NCBI GenBank assembly: GCA_016931955.1
Contig: JAFGDV010000006.1
Location: 1 to 30,241, forward strand
Source: Candidatus Altiarchaeota archaeon
GTDB taxonomy: Archaea > Altiarchaeota > Altiarchaeia > IMC4 > QMZM01
Reading direction: 5' to 3'
DNA: 30,241 bases
The notes beneath the pieces were generated by a model. The model saw only the letters and a program-made list of their open reading frames with translations. It had not been told where the DNA came from and ran no database searches. Position numbers and translations under genes: made by a program. Positions 26,101 through 30,241 of this stretch are shown piece by piece; position 1 is the stretch's first letter; the number at the start of each line of letters is the position of its first letter.

Positions 26101-29100
26101 AGATAAAATCCACGAAGATGATGAAGGCGATAAGAACGCGCAGGCTGGAGAAGGGATTATACAAGGAGTTTATGTCTCTGGGAGCTAATAACACGTCAAG
26201 TGCTTGGTTATCGACGCGCTTAACTGATACGTATCGAAGAACAAATGATCTAAGCGGAATTAAAACATCCCTGGAGGGTTGGTATAGGAACAAGTACCCA
26301 AATATGCCAATTGACGAAGTGAACAGGAAAGTATCCGACTTCATCAACAGGTATGACCCGGACCGGGCGAGAGGTTCGGTACTCTCTAAAATGGATACCT
26401 ACTTCTATGAGATAGGTGGTAAGGAGTTGCAAACAGCTCTAGCAAATAGGTTTGAGGTCTTGGATGTTTCTTCCGACCCGAAGAACGCAGCAAGAAACGT
26501 GGTTAAAAAATATCGTGAAACCGGGAATGTGAGCGAAATTGAAGGGGAACTGAGAAAAGCTTACATTAGTAAATACCCGAATATGCCAATTGATGAAGTG
26601 AACAGGAACGTATCCGACTTCATTAAGAGCATTAGCGTAAAGGATACGTATAAGCCCGAGCTTAAGAAGGTGAGTCTCCTCACCGGTGAAAGGGAGGACA
26701 TAAGGAGGACCCGTGCTTGGAAGGCCGCATACCACAGTGGGTTGTCGCTTATAGTACCTTTCTATCCTATCGCTCTGGCTCATGCGGCTATTACAGGAGG
26801 GGAACTACGATCGATAGCGCTTTATTCAGCCGAATGGATGGCGGCGTCGAAGGCATGGAAGAAGTCAAAGGAAGCAAAAGAGAAAACATTTGAATTCTTC
26901 AAGCAAAGCAGGCCGGGTATAGCGATAGGGGAAGCGGCTGAGATATATGCTGAAATAGGCAGGGACGTAGCTGATGCTGGCAGGAGGGGGGTTGCTGCAG
27001 TGGGGAGAGTGCCCAAGGCCGTGAGTACTGGTGTCAGGGAAACGACAACTGAGCGTTTGAAGGAGATGCGCACACGCAGGCTGGAGAAGGAATTAGCCAA
27101 AGAGTTCAAAGGAATGACCAGAGTTAATCCAGATAGATTAGCACACAACTTAGTTGAAGAGTATCGCAGAACAAATGATCTAACAAAAGCTAAAAAAGAG
27201 TTGGGTAGCTGGTATCGGCGATCACACTGGATCCAACATGGAACTCCGATATCGATCTATGAAGCCGATATTAAAGCCGCCAGATTCCTTGGGGTGCATG
27301 ACCCTGAGATAAGGGAGCCTCTTAGGGCCAAATGGAAGGAGGGTCTGGTAAGGAGAGACCTGAACCTTATGGAGAAGGAACTGGCGTCGGAGTTCACGAA
27401 TCGAGGCGTTCCTGATGCAGACAAGATGGCAGGAGAGTTAGTCAAAGACTACGGTAAATCCAACGACCTGTGGCAGATCACCCAGGCATTGAAGAGCCAC
27501 GGCGCCAAAAACAGGATAAGCTACTTCAAGGAGAGATACAGTCCAGAGAAGCTCGGAGAACCATTACATAAGAGGCCGGGCAGCTCATTCAAGCGTACGG
27601 CAGAGAGGATCGCATCAAGGGAGGAAGAAGCCCTAAAGAGCAGGAGGCTTAGTTCGATGAATAGTGGACTGGATGATGAGTTCAATAGATTACAAGTTCC
27701 TGCAACAGACAACTCTGTACAGGAGATCAAAAAATTGGTCGATAACTACGGAACTGATACAACAGACACAAATTTCACCAAGGTCAGAGACAGACTGGTT
27801 GAATTTTACAGGAACAGGGGGAGTTCTTTCGATGATGCTGGGGCGAAGTCTTATGAAATACTCAGAGGCTATAGTCCTGATGATCTCAGTAAGCCTGGTT
27901 TTGTGGATCTCAGGGGTCGGGCTCAGTGGGTCAGAGAGCATCGAAGACAAATTGGGGTCTCGCTTGTTGCGGCACCGGTTTACGCCCCCTATCTAGCCAG
28001 TCGCGGTGTGTATGCTGGACTGAGCCGTGCAAAAACAATGTCGACGCTGAGGGATATAGACAACATAAAGGTCACTGAAGCCTATAGATACAAGAAACTC
28101 CGGGATGCTATGGTGGGCTCTGGTGTCCCCGAGGCGGAAGCCAGGGTGCTTATCGACGACCACATGCATAATAAGAATGAGGAGATCAGGGCCACTCCCC
28201 CGGGCACGCCACGTAAGAGTGACTTAGAGTACCACGATAGCCTCCAGAGGGAGGCGAAGGCTCTTGTGGTGGCTGATAGGACCATGGGTAGCAGATACCG
28301 TAAGCTGACAAAAGAATTCTTTAAGCCCTTCCAGCACAATAAAACACTGGATGAAGTCATTGCAAGGGGGGGATTGTACAGTGAACAAGGTATGGAAGAT
28401 CCTAAACTGATCGATATACGAGACCGTGCTGTAGCCGACATAAACCGCGGAGCAGACCATGAGCAGATTATCTTAAGGGCGAATAGAGAAGTCGATGACC
28501 ACCTAATCGAGTCCGGCAGCTTTAACAAGTATCTGAAGGACAACATCAGGAGAAAATACGGCATACTCGGCAGCGAAATAGACAAAATCAACAGCCACCT
28601 AATGGACAGCAGGAGGGACAAGATCACAGAAGTTAGGAGACAGAGGAGCACGATTGCTGAGCCTCCAGTACACGCGAGGGATAAGGTAAACGCCCAAGTC
28701 CTCGTGGACGCTCACCGATCAGTTCAGGAGATCGCGTCAGTTGAAGCCGTTAATACGATGAAACCCTCAGTGCAAGTACAATGCATCGAATTCTTCGGAG
28801 GGGGAGACAAGGAAGTGAGAGGAGTGCGCCTGCTAACGGAGGCGGAGAAGAGAGACATCATTTTCGGGCTTGACTTGGGCAGCAACCTTCACGCGAGGAT
28901 GCTCCTCGAGGACTACATGGGCATCGGACCCAGACCAAGTGAGTTCTATCACGGAATAGGACCAGAGACCAAAGAGGAGAGAGAGAAGGAAAGGGAGAGA
29001 GAAGAGGGGTCACCCCTATATGCTGCCGCTACAGTGAAGACCGCTGAACTCTTCGGCCAGATATCCGGTGGCATTGAAGAGCTTAAGAAGCCCTCCAAAA

Positions 29101-29120
29101 AAGGAGGGGAGGAAAAATGA
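23106..29120 (+). CDS. Extended VirB6/TrbL-like protein with very long charged, repeat-containing tail, paralogue 2
   Basis: First roughly 340 aa align by eye with the flanking paralogues (MNP, HRARAK, RYFMVSLMAVLFPLTLFFYFF, FTQPVQA, MKWI..GMGP). GGAG at 23094-23097 favours ATG 23106 over TTG 23073. Confidence 0.6.
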   Translation: MRVLAVAILLLIISGTTVGVQVCSYGSETHGCTWNPLTWPGCWVQILMDMGNCVMMFFISKMGDFILMNPEISVFDPFIKDIISLLFPIYVIAIAVTGVYVIFLSTEPEHRARAKLMLIRLIMGMAMVTVSMSIYQLLLNLAHAIAQQILASQGVTAGGGGGLAILSILIVVSVVFFYISAWLLPVLAIIALISIVFRYFMVSLMAVLFPLTLFFYFFEFTKGIGRNLMKYTMMAVFTQPVQALMMAIMLVGLHNVEASGGGIMALLIGLGGLIMIIAAPLFMLGLMKWIAGTVAGAGMMLAFKRPLFGAALVITGGMGTGMGPEAFVAGGSAWILGHQYQKHGPDREHGVYNRRKSRIKRATKWIAGRKTVQRGIKAFKRTRAGMKVTSGMKTLRSNVDAAGDSLYKFKTKVKAGWVRHKRAIGCSIFIPGYWIYAAGKSRMGASIKATLANKRYAATITAVKNATTSADVMNNVRDFGGKDSARELESTLPNKDKLVKDIADAIEATVQARGGRAPRSYYEAQARGIVNGYMDTLDARIIRDELRAVGVDRNTIGSIFKGNRPVNLNQFKRDAEWVTGRDKAVKYDIKAAKTFKELEEINEKYGIWKDKELEEIREKAAKGQKKLDSEETVKERREKAAKGKRKLDFKETVEESREYALEHVEEEVRRQVEDKFCMSEKELDKKAEKLMKDHGITKDEAKAHVMNEFNETVEKNVEELMKKPEMRERVEEEFLKCMKKLPEYQEVERYVERELRRSRRLPPNASEADVRKAVDAEMTKMLDKELDVIKQEKTVAAQRGMSGGDAEKFRLRDKHGELRKAFDGSIEDLPLSIDNRREVIMTSKANMAKKAIETAGTADEINAVLKRNRILQSELEESCMKAYGVSRADAQDQMRQFLDTHKRSAELALENRRDSLLKREGAIDGIRRGVKLIGLSLTPAGWIITAKIIAEGRKPFARGLQRTGLAVRTRMEESYRGRRMLSRWDAGKRRAGAKLAGAKIKSTKMMKAIRTRRLEKGLYKEFMSLGANNTSSAWLSTRLTDTYRRTNDLSGIKTSLEGWYRNKYPNMPIDEVNRKVSDFINRYDPDRARGSVLSKMDTYFYEIGGKELQTALANRFEVLDVSSDPKNAARNVVKKYRETGNVSEIEGELRKAYISKYPNMPIDEVNRNVSDFIKSISVKDTYKPELKKVSLLTGEREDIRRTRAWKAAYHSGLSLIVPFYPIALAHAAITGGELRSIALYSAEWMAASKAWKKSKEAKEKTFEFFKQSRPGIAIGEAAEIYAEIGRDVADAGRRGVAAVGRVPKAVSTGVRETTTERLKEMRTRRLEKELAKEFKGMTRVNPDRLAHNLVEEYRRTNDLTKAKKELGSWYRRSHWIQHGTPISIYEADIKAARFLGVHDPEIREPLRAKWKEGLVRRDLNLMEKELASEFTNRGVPDADKMAGELVKDYGKSNDLWQITQALKSHGAKNRISYFKERYSPEKLGEPLHKRPGSSFKRTAERIASREEEALKSRRLSSMNSGLDDEFNRLQVPATDNSVQEIKKLVDNYGTDTTDTNFTKVRDRLVEFYRNRGSSFDDAGAKSYEILRGYSPDDLSKPGFVDLRGRAQWVREHRRQIGVSLVAAPVYAPYLASRGVYAGLSRAKTMSTLRDIDNIKVTEAYRYKKLRDAMVGSGVPEAEARVLIDDHMHNKNEEIRATPPGTPRKSDLEYHDSLQREAKALVVADRTMGSRYRKLTKEFFKPFQHNKTLDEVIARGGLYSEQGMEDPKLIDIRDRAVADINRGADHEQIILRANREVDDHLIESGSFNKYLKDNIRRKYGILGSEIDKINSHLMDSRRDKITEVRRQRSTIAEPPVHARDKVNAQVLVDAHRSVQEIASVEAVNTMKPSVQVQCIEFFGGGDKEVRGVRLLTEAEKRDIIFGLDLGSNLHARMLLEDYMGIGPRPSEFYHGIGPETKEEREKEREREEGSPLYAAATVKTAELFGQISGGIEELKKPSKKGGEEK
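24953..25072 (+). repeat. 60-bp in-frame tandem duplication
   Basis: REKAAKGQKKLDSEETVKER / REKAAKGKRKLDFKETVEES; nucleotide copies are nearly identical. Confidence 0.9.
26292..26623 (+). repeat. 53-bp near-identical direct repeat, 279-bp period
   Basis: 26292-26344 and 26571-26623, both encoding KYPNMPIDEVNR[KN]VSDFI. Confidence 0.9.
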
Positions 29121-30151
29121 ATAGAAGGCTTAAAGTAATCGCAGCGACTGCATTGATGGTCCTGTTAGGTGCTGGAGAGGCGCTGGCTATCTGCAGATGG
29201 TATCACTGGTTCATTCCAGGCATATGGAACATCTGCATAATAGAAGCAATCATCAAGTGGTTTTTAAGTGGTCTAACTGGATTCGCCAATAACCTTAAAA
29301 AACAGATACTCTGGAATCCGGATCCAACAGCCGTTAACTCCTTTGTCCAAGCCTACCTTGACCTGATGCAGCCGATATTCACTCTATCAATAATTATAGT
29401 TGGCTTCTATCTGGTCTTCATGTCCGGCTCACCTGGGGGCAGGTCGAGGGCTAAGAGCATATTCTGGAAACTTATTCTGGCCATGATACTGACCTCTCTG
29501 TCAACGGAGATCTATGTAACATTGCTCAACATATCTGAGGGGATAAGCTCGAGGGCGATTGCCGGAGTCACTGACGGCTCAATCCATTTCAGTTTTCTAG
29601 AGAATCTTACTTTTGTCGCTGTGAAGATATTACTCAATTTCGTTTTCATACTGACAATGATATCCATTGGCATGAGACACGTGCTGGTGCTGGTAACTGC
29701 CGCATTGTTCCCGCTAACGATATTCCTCTACCTATTCGACCTGCCTTTGATCGGCGCCATGGGCAGGGAAACAGGTGCTAAACTGTTCAGGTGGACCATC
29801 GGCGTGATATTCGCCCAGACAATCCAAGCAATCATGCTCGCTATAACGGTTGTGTCATTCGGCAATGCACAGGAAGCAACTGGTTTAGGTACACTAGCAG
29901 CCGTCTTCGTTGGCATGGCCGGCCTTCTGATGATAGCCTGCGCTCCGTTGATCGCGATGGGGGTCCTGAAGTGGATAGGCGGCGCAATGATGACCCTCGG
30001 CATGGCGTTTTCTCTCACCGGTCATCCCTATTTAGGCTTCGCTGTAACAGCCATGGGCGGATTAATGATGGGTCAAGGCCCTGGCTCGGCCTTGATGGCT
30101 GCAGGGGGGGTTGCTTCGATGACTAAGGCTTTGAGCCTGTTTAAAACATAG
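29117..30151 (+). CDS. VirB6/TrbL-like polytopic membrane protein, paralogue 3
   Basis: ATGA overlap with upstream gene; ILWNP, SPGGRSRAKSIFWK, RHVLVLVTAALFPLTIFLYLF, FAQTIQA, LKWIGG..GQGP. Confidence 0.6.
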   Translation: MNRRLKVIAATALMVLLGAGEALAICRWYHWFIPGIWNICIIEAIIKWFLSGLTGFANNLKKQILWNPDPTAVNSFVQAYLDLMQPIFTLSIIIVGFYLVFMSGSPGGRSRAKSIFWKLILAMILTSLSTEIYVTLLNISEGISSRAIAGVTDGSIHFSFLENLTFVAVKILLNFVFILTMISIGMRHVLVLVTAALFPLTIFLYLFDLPLIGAMGRETGAKLFRWTIGVIFAQTIQAIMLAITVVSFGNAQEATGLGTLAAVFVGMAGLLMIACAPLIAMGVLKWIGGAMMTLGMAFSLTGHPYLGFAVTAMGGLMMGQGPGSALMAAGGVASMTKALSLFKT

Positions 30152-30164
30152 AGACCAAGATAAA

Positions 30165-30241
30165 ATCAACAACCACACCCTAAAGGGTGTGGTATGAACT
30201 TACAAACACACTAAAATGTCAAAAACAAAGGAGGTGCAAGC
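30165..30241 (+). mobile_element. Probable IS200/IS605-family end hairpin (element continues beyond window)
   Basis: atcaacaACCACACCC-taaa-GGGTGTGGTatg: perfect 9-bp stem (30172-30193) preceded by TCAA, resembling the GTCAAC..CC-CTAAAG-GG..CTTG ends of IS200/IS605 (TnpB/IscB) elements. GGAGGTG RBS at 30230-30236. Confidence 0.55.

Noticed and set aside
23175-28651. Many minus-strand ORFs (Ser/Leu/Phe-rich) opposite the 2015-aa gene
   Set aside because: Composition is what antisense of a Lys/Glu/Arg-rich gene gives; no independent support.
23106-29120. Phage tape-measure protein
   Set aside because: The N-terminus is clearly paralogous to the flanking membrane proteins, and no viral genes are in the window.

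Overview
Gene-dense window that looks archaeal: TATA-like boxes about 25-30 nt upstream of start codons, GGAGGTG/GAGGTGA RBSs, and DUF483-like, COG2108-like radical SAM and EppA/FlaK-like peptidase genes. A DPANN/Altiarchaeota-like origin is only a guess. Two flanking blocks encode a T4SS-like surface system. At 1-7164 are four VirB2/TrbC-type pilin-hairpin genes, three fused to a shared Cys-rich domain, plus a 1391-aa membrane-anchored surface protein. At 18369-30151 are a 1173-aa Asp/Cys-rich adhesin with an internal pilin hairpin and three tandem VirB6/TrbL-like paralogues, one with a roughly 1670-aa repeat-rich tail. Between them (7161-18316) is an atypical His-Xaa-Ser (Hxs)-type RiPP-like locus: a divergent A24 prepilin peptidase, two HxsD-like genes, an HxsB-like rSAM/SPASM enzyme, and a candidate precursor with H-x-N rather than H-x-S motifs and a Flp-like leader. 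It is followed by two exported proteins, a DUF483-like protein, a second radical SAM and an Fe3+-type ABC transporter. The window ends in an IS200/IS605-like terminal hairpin. No CRISPR, rRNA, tRNA, VirB4/VirD4 ATPase or relaxase was seen. All family calls come from motif recognition, not database searches.
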